Assembly: GCA_041665385.1 (NCBI GenBank)
Contig: JBAYIX010000002.1
Span: forward strand, 50,932-114,931
Source: Minisyncoccota bacterium
GTDB lineage: Bacteria; Patescibacteriota; Minisyncoccia; Phycocordibacterales; PALSA-1337
Length of the DNA stretch: 64,000 nucleotides
Reading direction: 5' to 3'
A program made the position numbers and the translations under genes. How positions within the stretch are numbered: the stretch's first letter is position 1; each line of letters starts with the position of its first letter. This document shows, piece after piece, positions 39,541-49,230 of the stretch. The notes beneath the pieces were generated by a model. It had not been told where the DNA came from and ran no database searches. It was given only the letters and a program-made list of their open reading frames with translations.

Positions 39541-39843
39541 TCACATCCAAGCATGATACGGAATGGCGCATTCTGTGCCCCGTCTGGCTCGGCGCAATTC
39601 CATAGCTCTCCCGCAACCGTCGATCTTTCGACGCAGAAGGTCCGGGTGGGCGTTATAGAACTCGATATTCCTCTGCTTCCTTTCGGCGCAAGCGGAGCGA
39701 TAATCTCTCACTCTCATCCACTCCTCACCTGTAAAGATGAGTTCCTCTGCGACGCCTGACTCTGACTTTCTCCACCCCGCAATGCCTTTCTTTGGGACGG
39801 TGATTTGTCGAGTCATTTCTTTGTTCGCGAATATGGTCTCCAT
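39541..39843 (-). CDS. Hypothetical protein
   Basis: ORF with GGAG upstream and a terminator at ~39485-39512. Confidence 0.55.
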   Translation of the reverse strand: METIFANKEMTRQITVPKKGIAGWRKSESGVAEELIFTGEEWMRVRDYRSACAERKQRNIEFYNAHPDLLRRKIDGCGRAMELRRARRGTECAIPYHAWM

Positions 39844-40145
39844 ATGAGCTCCGTGTAGTGGTTTGTGTTGTATTTAGTTGTCAACGAACTAAAAACGAGC
39901 CTTGTTTTTCCAAGACTCGCTTTTGTTATGTATCTTATTTATTCGCTATATCGTAGAGATTACATCACAAAAGTCAGCCTTGGAATGGGTCTTTCGGACC
40001 CACAGCTTTGCAATAAAGACTGAATAATGTGTCGTAAAATTCATGCGAGAATTGTAACACAGGCAAAATGCAAAGAAAACCCCGAGAAAAAACTCGGGGT
40101 CTGTAACTATCTACATATCCAAGCGGTCTGCCCGCATTGGCTGTA

Positions 40146-40823
40146 TCACTTTTTCACAAGTACTGTCCGGAGTTTGGAACTTCCGACATATCTTTCGAGT
40201 TCGTTATGGTACACGACACCAAACACCGTAGCGGCATCCCACGTTTTGGTGAAATCATATTCCGTCGTTCGCAATATCCCCGCCTGGTCTCCAGCCGCCA
40301 AACTCTCATCTGAATGCAGAGCATGTGTAACGCGAAGAGAGCCTCTCTTGTCAGCTATCTCTGTCGCCAAGCGAACGAGGTTTTGTTTCACCCAGACAGC
40401 CGTGATCTGTTCTGGTATTTCGGCACGATTTGGACACACCGCCCAAACAGCATTTTTGAATTCCTGCAGGAGTGCACCATTCCTCAGAACCAATTCTCTG
40501 GCGGTAGTGCAGCGCTTGGATAAGCCGACTACGAATGTCCAGTCCAAGAGAACAGAAATGACAAGTACCAGAATTGCCAAGAGAAGATCGCTGTACCGGG
40601 CTACACCACAAGTGACAACGACTTCGATCACGATCACCCAAATAAAGATGAAGAAGTGGTTCCCACTGAGTAGGTGTTCCGCTTCCTTGTATTCTTCGTT
40701 GAGGTCGTGGAGACCGCGCAGCTTCGGCAGTCTATTTTTCTCGTATGCCGCGATGAGCTCAGGTGAAAGCATAGCGAGCTCGGTATCTATGTTGCAGATT
40801 CCCTGACTTGTGTCCGCATTCAT
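40146..40823 (-). CDS. Hypothetical 2-TM membrane protein
   Basis: SD AAAGGAG/AAGGAA; two hydrophobic helices; terminator at ~40077-40100. Confidence 0.65.
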   Translation of the reverse strand: MNADTSQGICNIDTELAMLSPELIAAYEKNRLPKLRGLHDLNEEYKEAEHLLSGNHFFIFIWVIVIEVVVTCGVARYSDLLLAILVLVISVLLDWTFVVGLSKRCTTARELVLRNGALLQEFKNAVWAVCPNRAEIPEQITAVWVKQNLVRLATEIADKRGSLRVTHALHSDESLAAGDQAGILRTTEYDFTKTWDAATVFGVVYHNELERYVGSSKLRTVLVKK

Positions 40824-40928
40824 TTATTCCTTTCTCCTTTGCCAATAAGGTCGGGTTGTTGGTTTATGGTTTTTTCAAAGCCTTACTAATATAATCATTA
40901 TCTGAGGAGGGAGTCAAATATGCCTAAC

Positions 40929-41080
40929 GGAGCTTGATGAATTGTTTTTATAGCGTGTTCGCAAAATCGCCCACTCCAAATTACTGCCGTATTTGCTTCC
41001 AAGGATTCAGCAAATACGGGCAATTTGTCGGGACTCGAATCACATTGCGAACACGCTATAAAAACAATTCACCAAGCTCC
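40929..41080. repeat. Long palindrome C3 (loop TCCAAGGATTC), flanked by TAAC direct repeats
   Basis: 35/36-bp terminal inverted repeat; inner stem CCGTATTTGCT/AGCAAATACGG. Confidence 0.85.
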
Positions 41081-41108
41081 TAACGATGATATTGTCAACA
41101 TTATGTAA

Positions 41109-41621
41109 TTATTTCTTACCCAAACTCTGCTCCACGATTTTCTTATATTCCTCAAAACTTTCCATGTCAAATTCCGCACGCCTTTTTTCTAATTCCTCTG
41201 GTTTCTCAATATCAATAAATTTTAGAACACCGTCTTTATCAATATTGTATTGCGTTCCAAACAGTTGAGGTAACCTTTGAATTATTCTCGATTTATCAAT
41301 CATATAAGCAATGTCTCTTTTTTGTATTGAAACAATATCAGCATCTTGAAGATATTTTATCGATTGATTTAAAAATTCAATATCTCCAGAATGTAACACC
41401 ACTAGCACGGCGGCTTTGTATGCCTTTTGTGAAGTTAAACTGATTGTTGGAAATCCAATTTCATTAATGATCTCATTTACAGTTTTAACATTCATCTTAT
41501 TTATTTCAGCAAGATCAGATGTGGCTATTTTCCCCACCTTAAAATCTTTTATTGCTTGTTGATCAGCTTCCAAAATTGCTTCCAGAATAAGAGTATATTT
41601 CTTAATTAAAAATGTATTCAT
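41109..41621 (-). CDS. DUF6624-like protein
   Basis: ADQ, IGFPT, AYMIDK...PQLFGTQY...EKRR. Confidence 0.75.
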   Translation of the reverse strand: MNTFLIKKYTLILEAILEADQQAIKDFKVGKIATSDLAEINKMNVKTVNEIINEIGFPTISLTSQKAYKAAVLVVLHSGDIEFLNQSIKYLQDADIVSIQKRDIAYMIDKSRIIQRLPQLFGTQYNIDKDGVLKFIDIEKPEELEKRRAEFDMESFEEYKKIVEQSLGKK

Positions 41622-41700
41622 AGCAATACTATACTATATACTATATCGAAAAGAAAAAAGGCACTCTTCGAAAAGGGTGCCCTGGTGCCGTGCCCGATGT

Positions 41701-41853
41701 TCAGTTGGTATCGCTGTCGCCGGAGCCCTGGATAAACGTGTCGTTTTCGCAAGCGCATCCCTGCTGAGGCGGATCCATGACTCTGACCGGGCAAGGCTCG
41801 GCGTTGAGAAACGTGATTGGCGTTTCATCTCGCCGCTGAGTTTTTGTGTTCAT
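41701..41853 (-). CDS. Putative graspetide precursor MNTKTQRRDETPITFLNAEPCPVRVMDPPQQGCACENDTFIQGSGDSDTN
   Basis: Manual translation; 50 aa, directly downstream of the ATP-grasp ligase and followed by a terminator; T...DSD core. Confidence 0.7.
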   Translation of the reverse strand: MNTKTQRRDETPITFLNAEPCPVRVMDPPQQGCACENDTFIQGSGDSDTN

Positions 41854-41913
41854 AATTTGTCCATATTCTGGCTAGAACCCTAGCCTTTTGTTCAATCGCA
41901 TCCTACTACACTT

Positions 41914-42906
41914 TTAGCAAGAAAGCAAATTCGCGAGAGTCAATGATATTGGATGGCCAACCAGTTGTTCCGACGGCATCCACTGTCCTTGCGGGTTAAT
42001 CTCAAAAAACAAATAGCCGTCTTTCCTTGAAAAACCCATATCGATGCAACCGAACTTAAGTTTGAGAGAACTGACCAATTGGACACACTTACTCTCAAGA
42101 TCTTTCGGTAGATTATGCATAACGTATTTCCTTTTCGCATCATGATGTCTCCAGTCAAGGTTCGCTCCTTCTAAGTTATTCTCGATGATAATTTCAGAAG
42201 CAAACACCTTATCGCCGATAACGGTGATTCGGATATCCGAATCCTTGATTACCGCCTCTTGCAGGATAAATGGGCAGTTGGATACCTGCCCGATATGCTC
42301 CAACAGAAGCGGGATATCAACAATTTTCGTGTAGATCGCCTTGTTCTTCCGTGATTTATCATCAGGATCATTCGTCAATCGGACATAACTACTGCCGACC
42401 GCTTTCATAATGAGTGGAGCACCGGAATGCTTAACTACAAAGGCTTTAACCTTTTCAGGATCATTACTGATGCAGGTTTCCGGCACTTTGAATCCGATTT
42501 GCTTCGCCAGGGCAAGTTGAAGTGGCTTACGATTAGCGATCCTCGTCGCTTCAGGTTCTGAGACCCACAACACGTCCTTGAGAAATGCGAGTAAACAGCT
42601 AAGGGCTATCTCACTCTCATTTTGAATGTATTTCTGGAGCAATGTCTTCCTAGTGTTTTTCACTGGACCTTGCGGCCGTCTCCACCAAATACTCTTTATG
42701 GAATCCTCATCAAGCCGAAAGCCGTCTGACAAGGCCAATGAGGCACTGACTATTTTTTCAAATAGTATAGTGCCCGACATCGTCGTTGGAAATTCACCAA
42801 AGTTGATTAGGTGAGCCGTTTGTCCGATTTCCGCAAGCCTTTTCATCAAAAAAAGCGCGGACTGGTCTTTTTCATGTGAGGCAATGATTACAGTTTTTGT
42901 TTTCAT
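41914..42906 (-). CDS. ATP-grasp peptide maturase (MvdC/MvdD-RimK family)
   Basis: SIWWRRP, ANRKPLQL, PETCISND, DIRITVIG, LDWR, FFEINPQGQW. Confidence 0.9.
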   Translation of the reverse strand: MKTKTVIIASHEKDQSALFLMKRLAEIGQTAHLINFGEFPTTMSGTILFEKIVSASLALSDGFRLDEDSIKSIWWRRPQGPVKNTRKTLLQKYIQNESEIALSCLLAFLKDVLWVSEPEATRIANRKPLQLALAKQIGFKVPETCISNDPEKVKAFVVKHSGAPLIMKAVGSSYVRLTNDPDDKSRKNKAIYTKIVDIPLLLEHIGQVSNCPFILQEAVIKDSDIRITVIGDKVFASEIIIENNLEGANLDWRHHDAKRKYVMHNLPKDLESKCVQLVSSLKLKFGCIDMGFSRKDGYLFFEINPQGQWMPSEQLVGHPISLTLANLLSC

Positions 42907-43211
42907 AGTTCATCTGTTTTAGACAATACGATATATTAGGACTTTTGTAAATAGTAGTCGTATAGGTTCAACGGCTTCGCACCACTCTGGTGAAGTATTA
43001 TCAAAGTCATGCAATACACATCAAACAAACACATGCCAAGAATTAGAAGGAACGTAGCTCGTCTGTACTTCATAGAATGGAATGCATGAATGGTTGGTCG
43101 GCACTTCGGATTTCATCACACTTCTGTAATGAAATGAATGACAGAAGCAAGAAAAATGCCCCACATGGAGATGTGGGGTCATTGTATGTTTCCAAGGAAC
43201 CTTTTGCATTC

Positions 43212-43604
43212 TTACACATCGTGCAAGAGCCAGTCAGGCATCCCTTTGATAACCTTTTTACTCAGGGCATTTCCGTTTTTGGGAAAAAGCACGATAAGTA
43301 TGTTTCGGATCCGACACCGCAAAGTGAGGCGGTCGTCCCCACCATCAGAACTGGGACCGATATTGTTGGCCGTGTAGGTCGAGCCGTCTACAAAGAATTG
43401 GTCTAGATCGACCCACTTCCATCCAGTAGGTTTGGACGGATACCCTTCCCCTATAGCGCACCAAGAGAAAACAAAAAGGAGACCTTCCGGATTGCGTTCT
43501 ATTCTTTCGACTTCCGCTTTGTAAATGACGTTTTCTGCAGGCATCTGTATCTCCAGTTGCCCGCCGATGAATGACATGATCGTCTCGACAGTGATGCTAT
43601 GCAT
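43212..43604 (-). CDS. Hypothetical protein
   Basis: 130-aa ORF; terminator-like CCCCACAT/ATGTGGGG downstream. Confidence 0.6.
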   Translation of the reverse strand: MHSITVETIMSFIGGQLEIQMPAENVIYKAEVERIERNPEGLLFVFSWCAIGEGYPSKPTGWKWVDLDQFFVDGSTYTANNIGPSSDGGDDRLTLRCRIRNILIVLFPKNGNALSKKVIKGMPDWLLHDV

Positions 43605-44123
43605 AGGTAACTTTTGAGGTTCAGGTTCTTGAATATTATAACGTGTTTTGATATTTCTGTCAATTTGTTCACATCATGCTTCAGAGTTTTAAAATTTACC
43701 GAACAAGGAATAAAAAACCGACCAAAGCACTTGCCTGGTCGGGTGAATACGAGAAGTTACATCTACCTTGCAAACTCCCGGGGGAGTTGTTTGAGCCGAT
43801 TCACGTGTTATCGGAGTTAGCATTGGTCACCATGTTCAAAACATGACTCCCAATGATGCAACACAAGCTTCGGTCAGACTACCTTTAGTCAGTTTTGGAA
43901 ACTCTTCCACCTTAGCTGTATGTCTGGGCTAGACTCATTGCCGAGCAATGGGTTGACCACTTGGCTGTGCTTCACTTGGCTTCCCTCTAATCGCTGTCAG
44001 GCGATATTCAATGAACAAACTCGCATTCGTAACTAGAATATAAAATTTTTAAATAAATTGCAAGGAATTGACAGCGCGACCAATAATCCGTACCATTATT
44101 TCAGACAAACCTCAAAATACCAT

Positions 44124-44882
44124 ATGAAAAAGGATACTAGCCGGGATATCAATTTGCAGTTATATTTTTCGGAACAGCGCAGTCTCGAGATCAATATCGA
44201 GCAAGTATCGGCAAACCTCAAGAAAGCAATCGATGAGCTTGCAAGTCTAAAACACACAAGGGCCGAGGAAGTTCGCGGTCTGCTCAAAGCCGGCAGAACC
44301 ACCAGCGACGCTCTCTCGGATGAAGCTGTCCAAAGATACGGTATCGATAGACAAGTCATCGAATCCATCAGGCACTTCAATTCCAAACTCATGACAAACA
44401 AGGACCAAAAGCTCCTTGTCGTGGTGGAGTATCAGTACTGCTGGAAACATGTTATGTTCTCCAGGGAAAATGACGATAACCAATATCGAACAGCACGCGG
44501 TTATGTGTGCGGCATCCTCACCGGCGAGCGACTGGAACTACCACCTGACGGTTCAGTTATCTTACCCTTCTCGCGTCATGTTATCAGAGGACTTCCGGAA
44601 AATGAAAACAGAGATGTAAGTCTAGGCAGGCTAACTGTGACCAACTTCTTCTCGAACAAATTTAACCCGGACACGATCCTTTCAGGAATAATCCAAAGTG
44701 TTGATCACATACCCTCCCTTCTCAATTCTCCTCACTCCGAACGTCAAACAACAATACTCATTGGGGAAGAGATAACGGACGAGTCGATTTATCAAACAGG
44801 TCTCTTGGCACACGTCAAAAACCTAGACAAGATTCTCTCAACCCCTACGCCAGAAGAAAAGATTGCTGGCGAAAGTATCTGA
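44124..44882 (+). CDS. Hypothetical protein
   Basis: ORF with upstream TTGACA and a downstream AGCCGCCT/AGGCGGCT terminator. Confidence 0.6.
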   Translation: MKKDTSRDINLQLYFSEQRSLEINIEQVSANLKKAIDELASLKHTRAEEVRGLLKAGRTTSDALSDEAVQRYGIDRQVIESIRHFNSKLMTNKDQKLLVVVEYQYCWKHVMFSRENDDNQYRTARGYVCGILTGERLELPPDGSVILPFSRHVIRGLPENENRDVSLGRLTVTNFFSNKFNPDTILSGIIQSVDHIPSLLNSPHSERQTTILIGEEITDESIYQTGLLAHVKNLDKILSTPTPEEKIAGESI

Positions 44883-44995
44883 GAAAGATTTTGAGATACT
44901 CTTGCGCGAGCCGCCTATGATAAGGCGGCTTTTTTGAAAACAAATTTATGATTATTTACAGACATAAAATCAAATGCTAGTCTTGGGTCAGATTT

Positions 44996-45511
44996 ATGAA
45001 CACTAACATATTGCACTTTCCCGTGGCTTCCGCAGATCCATTAATCGAGCGAGTGATCTTCTATAAACTTGAGAAAATGGGAATCGATCGTATTCCAGAA
45101 TTTCTCTCAACATGGTGTCGCTTCATCTGCGTAAGACCATTATTTTTCCAGGGATGTCTCACAACCCTATCGGAACTTGACCTATTTCACCCTACCGGAG
45201 TTTTTGGTATATATGTTTGGGACGGTCTTGATGATCCCGTCGAAAGACAGATCCATGAGACAGCTAATACTCTTTACCATGAACTGATCCATATAATGTT
45301 AATGGTCATTGGATATCCGGTCCACAATGAAGATAAGATCAGCAAGTGTGCAGAATCACTTGCCACAAGACAACCTCAGATACTTGAGATAGCGGAAAAT
45401 CTGTACCCAGGGTTTTTGGCTCCATACCGGAAGTTCGGACGTTTCTATCATCGGGATTTGGCACCTCAATTTATCAATAAAGTGCCATATAATTACATTC
45501 CGACAAACTGA
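44996..45511 (+). CDS. Hypothetical HExxH metallopeptidase-like protein
   Basis: TLYHELIH...NE motif. Confidence 0.55.
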   Translation: MNTNILHFPVASADPLIERVIFYKLEKMGIDRIPEFLSTWCRFICVRPLFFQGCLTTLSELDLFHPTGVFGIYVWDGLDDPVERQIHETANTLYHELIHIMLMVIGYPVHNEDKISKCAESLATRQPQILEIAENLYPGFLAPYRKFGRFYHRDLAPQFINKVPYNYIPTN

Positions 45512-45594
45512 TAATTTCACGGGGCTGGTCCATCCAGCCTTTTTTGATACACAAAATCATTTTAAAAAAGAAACAATCGATATCAATAAAATTA

Positions 45595-45752
45595 TGGTGA
45601 CCATACGGGGAGTCGGTCACGCGTCCTCGCCTACTGGCTCGGCGCTCGACCCCGCCTCGCTCGCCTTCGCTCGCTCCGGCTTTCGACTCTCTCCCCCGGA
45701 GATCACACACGACACAAAAAGTCCCAGGATAACCTGGGACTTTTTGGTCGTG
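45595..45752. mobile_element. Mini-element bounded by a duplicated tRNA-Glu 3' end
   Basis: TGGTGACCATACGGGGAGTCG (45595-45615) repeats the tRNA 3' end GTGACCCTACGGGGAGTCG. Confidence 0.55.
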
Positions 45753-45824
45753 TGACCCTACGGGGAGTCGAACCCCGATTCCAGCCTTGAGAAGGCCGTG
45801 TCCTAACCATTAGACGATAGGGCC
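45753..45824 (-). tRNA. tRNA-Glu(CTC)
   Basis: GGCCCTATCGTCTAATGGTTAGGACACGGCCTTCTCAAGGCTGGAATCGGGGTTCGACTCCCCGTAGGGTCA cloverleaf. Confidence 0.95.
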
Positions 45825-45843
45825 ATAAACACTTAATTTTATT

Positions 45844-47151
45844 CTACTCTTTCTTCAACCACTCCTCTTCCTGACGTACCAACAATGTACTAGCTTCCGA
45901 AGCATCTTTCAAGAGCTCCTTGACCACCCTCTCCATACGCATAGACTGCGAACCCTTCACAAGGATGATATCTCCAGTACGAATATCTCGATAGATAAAG
46001 TCTGCAGCATCGTGTGCAGAATCAAAAGATTTCATATTTTCTGGAGACATGCCGAGAGAGACAGCTTCCTCCGCTATCCCGCGAGAACGTTGTCCCACTG
46101 TATACAAAATATTTGCCACACCTGCGACTTCCCTACCCACTTTCCTATGTTCCTCGGCAGAATATTTTCCCAGCTCCAACATGTCTCCCAGAACTGCGAT
46201 CTTCCTCCCCGAACAGGTGAGTTCTCGCAATGTAAAAAGCGCGGCATGCACAGCGTCAGGTGAGGAATTGTACGTATCATCTATAACTATCGAGCCATTG
46301 ATACCAGGTAAAGCATTGAGTCTACCCTTGGGCGCATCGTACTGTCCCAAGCCGGAGATAATATCACCAAAAGAAACACCGCAAGCTCGACCGACTGCCG
46401 CAGCGGCGAGCAGAGGATACATACCCGTCCTACCCAGAGGATTCTTGTATGTGACCGTATTTTGATCAGTTCCCATATTCAGCTTGAATCGACAGACAAG
46501 TGTCTTTTTCAGGTATTCCGTGTATTCAAAAGAAAATTCCGATCCGCGGACCTCTGCAATGTCATCTGTACCATATGTGACAACGGCAATCTTTTTATTT
46601 GTGAGCTCGTCCCGCATAGCTATGAGCCTACTGTCTTCTGAGAGCAATACTGCGGTGCCGCCCTTCCGTACTGCGCGTATGAGAGATACTTTCTCCTCGA
46701 ATACTTCCTCTGGCGATTTGAAGAACTCCACATGCACCGGCGTGCGGCTGACCTGAGTGATGACAGCGACATGCGGATGGAGCCACTTTGCCACCTTCTT
46801 TATATCACCAGGATGATCTGCACCGATTTCCAAAATGAGCGTATCCGGATATTCTGTCTTGCGGAATATGAGTCGCAAGCCCTGAACAATATTGCGCAAC
46901 CACTCACGTGGATTATGCCACGCGTTTGGCACTCCTATGACCGTGAGTGGCAAACCTAGCTCGCTATTCATACTCTTCTCACTCTTCCTCACATATTTAG
47001 AGTGGTTCTTGAGTACAGCATAGATAGCATCTTTTGCGGAAGTCTTGCCAACACTTCCGGTAATAGCGACGATGAAAGGTCGGTATTTGAAAAGTATCAC
47101 CCGGGATTCGAGTGTTAATATTGCTACAATTATTTTTTTTATGATTTGCAT
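45844..47151 (-). CDS. murF: UDP-MurNAc-tripeptide--D-Ala-D-Ala ligase
   Basis: ITGSVGKTS, DDTYNSSP, LGDMLELG, VKGS. Confidence 0.92.
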   Translation of the reverse strand: MQIIKKIIVAILTLESRVILFKYRPFIVAITGSVGKTSAKDAIYAVLKNHSKYVRKSEKSMNSELGLPLTVIGVPNAWHNPREWLRNIVQGLRLIFRKTEYPDTLILEIGADHPGDIKKVAKWLHPHVAVITQVSRTPVHVEFFKSPEEVFEEKVSLIRAVRKGGTAVLLSEDSRLIAMRDELTNKKIAVVTYGTDDIAEVRGSEFSFEYTEYLKKTLVCRFKLNMGTDQNTVTYKNPLGRTGMYPLLAAAAVGRACGVSFGDIISGLGQYDAPKGRLNALPGINGSIVIDDTYNSSPDAVHAALFTLRELTCSGRKIAVLGDMLELGKYSAEEHRKVGREVAGVANILYTVGQRSRGIAEEAVSLGMSPENMKSFDSAHDAADFIYRDIRTGDIILVKGSQSMRMERVVKELLKDASEASTLLVRQEEEWLKKE

Positions 47152-47156
47152 AGTTA

Positions 47157-48878
47157 TCACCTATCTGGCGGCACATCATAGTAATTTATCAGAAACTTGG
47201 CCAAGTTATCAAATGGGTCCGTCAATGTCTCGGAAGCATACTGCGCACCCTTGGGATGTATCTGATATAAGAAAACCAAGAACTTCGGGTCATAAGCCGG
47301 GAAATAACCGAAGAATGAGTGCAGATACCGGTCAGTATAGTATCCCCCATTCACATGGTCAGGTATCTGCGCTGTACCAGTCTTTGCCGCTACAGTATAT
47401 CTCGGATTCTTTATCTTGCCTTCTTTGAGCGCCTTGTCAACAACATTGACAAGGAGACTTGTAACCTCGTTCACCGTTTCTGGGCGGAGAACCTGCTCGC
47501 TCTTGGCAGCCAACTCTTGACTCAAGTTCCTCTTTGTCCCATCCAGATATATGATCTCTCGGACCAAGTGCGGTATCACGATCTTGCCGCCGTTTGCGAG
47601 GACAGCTAGGGAGCGGGCCATGGCCACAGGAGAGATCGCTATGCCTTGGCCATAGGAAGCAGTAGCTATGTCTATATCCTGTCCGGCCTTGAGATTTTTC
47701 ACGAGACCGGTAGCTTCGTTTGGCATATCTATACCTGTCTTCTCACCCAGACCCAAGCTGTCAAAATATTTCGACATATTTTCTTTGCCAGTCTTAAGAC
47801 CGACTGTTGCAGCTCCCATATTCAAGGACTGACTCAAAAGATCTTGGAGACCTGTCCGACCGCGAGCCTTCCTGTCCCAGTTACCTATCGTCTTACTGTT
47901 CAGAATCATGGTACCAGTATCTTCGTATGTCCATGAAGGCGATATGGCCACAGAGTCTAGACCGACCGCGACTGTGAGCGGCTTTACGATGGACCCCATC
48001 TCATAGACATGCTCCACCAACGGGTTCGAAAAGAGTCCAGTATCGCTCACCCCGGAAGTATCATTGCCATTGAATGTCGGCAGTGAAGACATCGCTATGA
48101 TCTCACCTGTCTTGGGGTCGAGAATGATGCCACCTATCTCGTCCGGGTGCCAGGTCGTACTGGTATCGCTCAAGATTTTTTCCAAATAACTAGCAACCGT
48201 AGGTTCGATCGTGGTGACTATATCACCTTCACCTTTTTCACCAGAAAAAATATCTTCGACACCGGCGAAGAGCTCGGCAAAGACGCTGACATTGGAACCA
48301 CTGCCAGAACGACCGAGTACTTCTTCGTAAGATCGCTCGAGCCCGTACTTGCCACGGATCGTAGACGTGCTCGAATCCTCGCCGATGATGCCCAAAGTTT
48401 GCGAGGCGAGTACGCCACCCGGATACGATCTCCAGGACTCTTTTGCTTTGCGTATGCCACCAAGCTTGAGAGAGACGATCGACTGCGCTTCCGTGTCTGA
48501 GATGCGGTGAGCGAGCTCTATGTAACCTGCATCAGCATTTGCCATGACCCGTGAACGGATCTTTTCATCTATTGTAATAAACTCGGACAGTGCCGCAAGT
48601 GCCTGATCCGGTTCCTCTACCTGTTTGCCATTCATGTATATGAGATTACCCTGTTCGATAGTGGCACCAGCTATGGAAGTACCGTCCTTCAATGAAAAAT
48701 ATATGGTACCTCGATCAAAAAAAGTGGCGGCGGGCTTTGTATACTGCACCTCCGCGCGGTCTGCATACTTTTTGCCTGCTACCACCTGTGTCGAGTAGAG
48801 AGTGGCTGTGAGCACGAGTGCAGAGACTATCATCCCGAGAAAGATGACCCTGGTTCGAATACGTTCTTTGGCTGTCAT
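47157..48878 (-). CDS. ftsI: Class B penicillin-binding protein (FtsI)
   Basis: GSIVK, SLN, KTGT; dcw context. Confidence 0.9.
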   Translation of the reverse strand: MTAKERIRTRVIFLGMIVSALVLTATLYSTQVVAGKKYADRAEVQYTKPAATFFDRGTIYFSLKDGTSIAGATIEQGNLIYMNGKQVEEPDQALAALSEFITIDEKIRSRVMANADAGYIELAHRISDTEAQSIVSLKLGGIRKAKESWRSYPGGVLASQTLGIIGEDSSTSTIRGKYGLERSYEEVLGRSGSGSNVSVFAELFAGVEDIFSGEKGEGDIVTTIEPTVASYLEKILSDTSTTWHPDEIGGIILDPKTGEIIAMSSLPTFNGNDTSGVSDTGLFSNPLVEHVYEMGSIVKPLTVAVGLDSVAISPSWTYEDTGTMILNSKTIGNWDRKARGRTGLQDLLSQSLNMGAATVGLKTGKENMSKYFDSLGLGEKTGIDMPNEATGLVKNLKAGQDIDIATASYGQGIAISPVAMARSLAVLANGGKIVIPHLVREIIYLDGTKRNLSQELAAKSEQVLRPETVNEVTSLLVNVVDKALKEGKIKNPRYTVAAKTGTAQIPDHVNGGYYTDRYLHSFFGYFPAYDPKFLVFLYQIHPKGAQYASETLTDPFDNLAKFLINYYDVPPDR

Positions 48879-48893
48879 TATGCCACTATTATA

Positions 48894-49229
48894 TTACAAT
48901 TTTGTGACTGTTGCGCCGACGGAACCGACAGACTTTGTCCTAGAGATGTAGGCAGAAACTTGTCCCTGCATGAGGCCATAGTCAGATGCCATTTCCGGTG
49001 TGATCTTGTTCGAAAGAGTGATGTAGTGCGCATCGAGCTTCTGGACCGAGCTTGCCAATGTCACCATCTGCTTTTCGATGACCTGGGCAGCCACTGTCTT
49101 TGTAATAACACTGTACATGTTGAAAGCGTAAAGAAATGCCATGACCAGACAACCCGCCAAAAGTGTTTTTGTTATCATTGCGCGATTGTCATCGGCGAGA
49201 GAATATGTTTTTGCTATTATTTTCGTCAT
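48894..49229 (-). CDS. FtsL-like protein
   Basis: TM plus short coiled coil between rsmH and ftsI. Confidence 0.6.
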   Translation of the reverse strand: MTKIIAKTYSLADDNRAMITKTLLAGCLVMAFLYAFNMYSVITKTVAAQVIEKQMVTLASSVQKLDAHYITLSNKITPEMASDYGLMQGQVSAYISRTKSVGSVGATVTKL

Positions 49230-49230
49230 T

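Noticed and set aside
39960-40030. c-di-GMP-I riboswitch (GCAAAGC, GAAA tetraloop)
   Set aside because: Motif order and the P2 stem do not match the consensus.
41634-41828. Track ORF of 64 aa as the ATP-grasp precursor
   Set aside because: It runs through the terminator and lacks an acidic core; the 41701-41853 frame fits much better.
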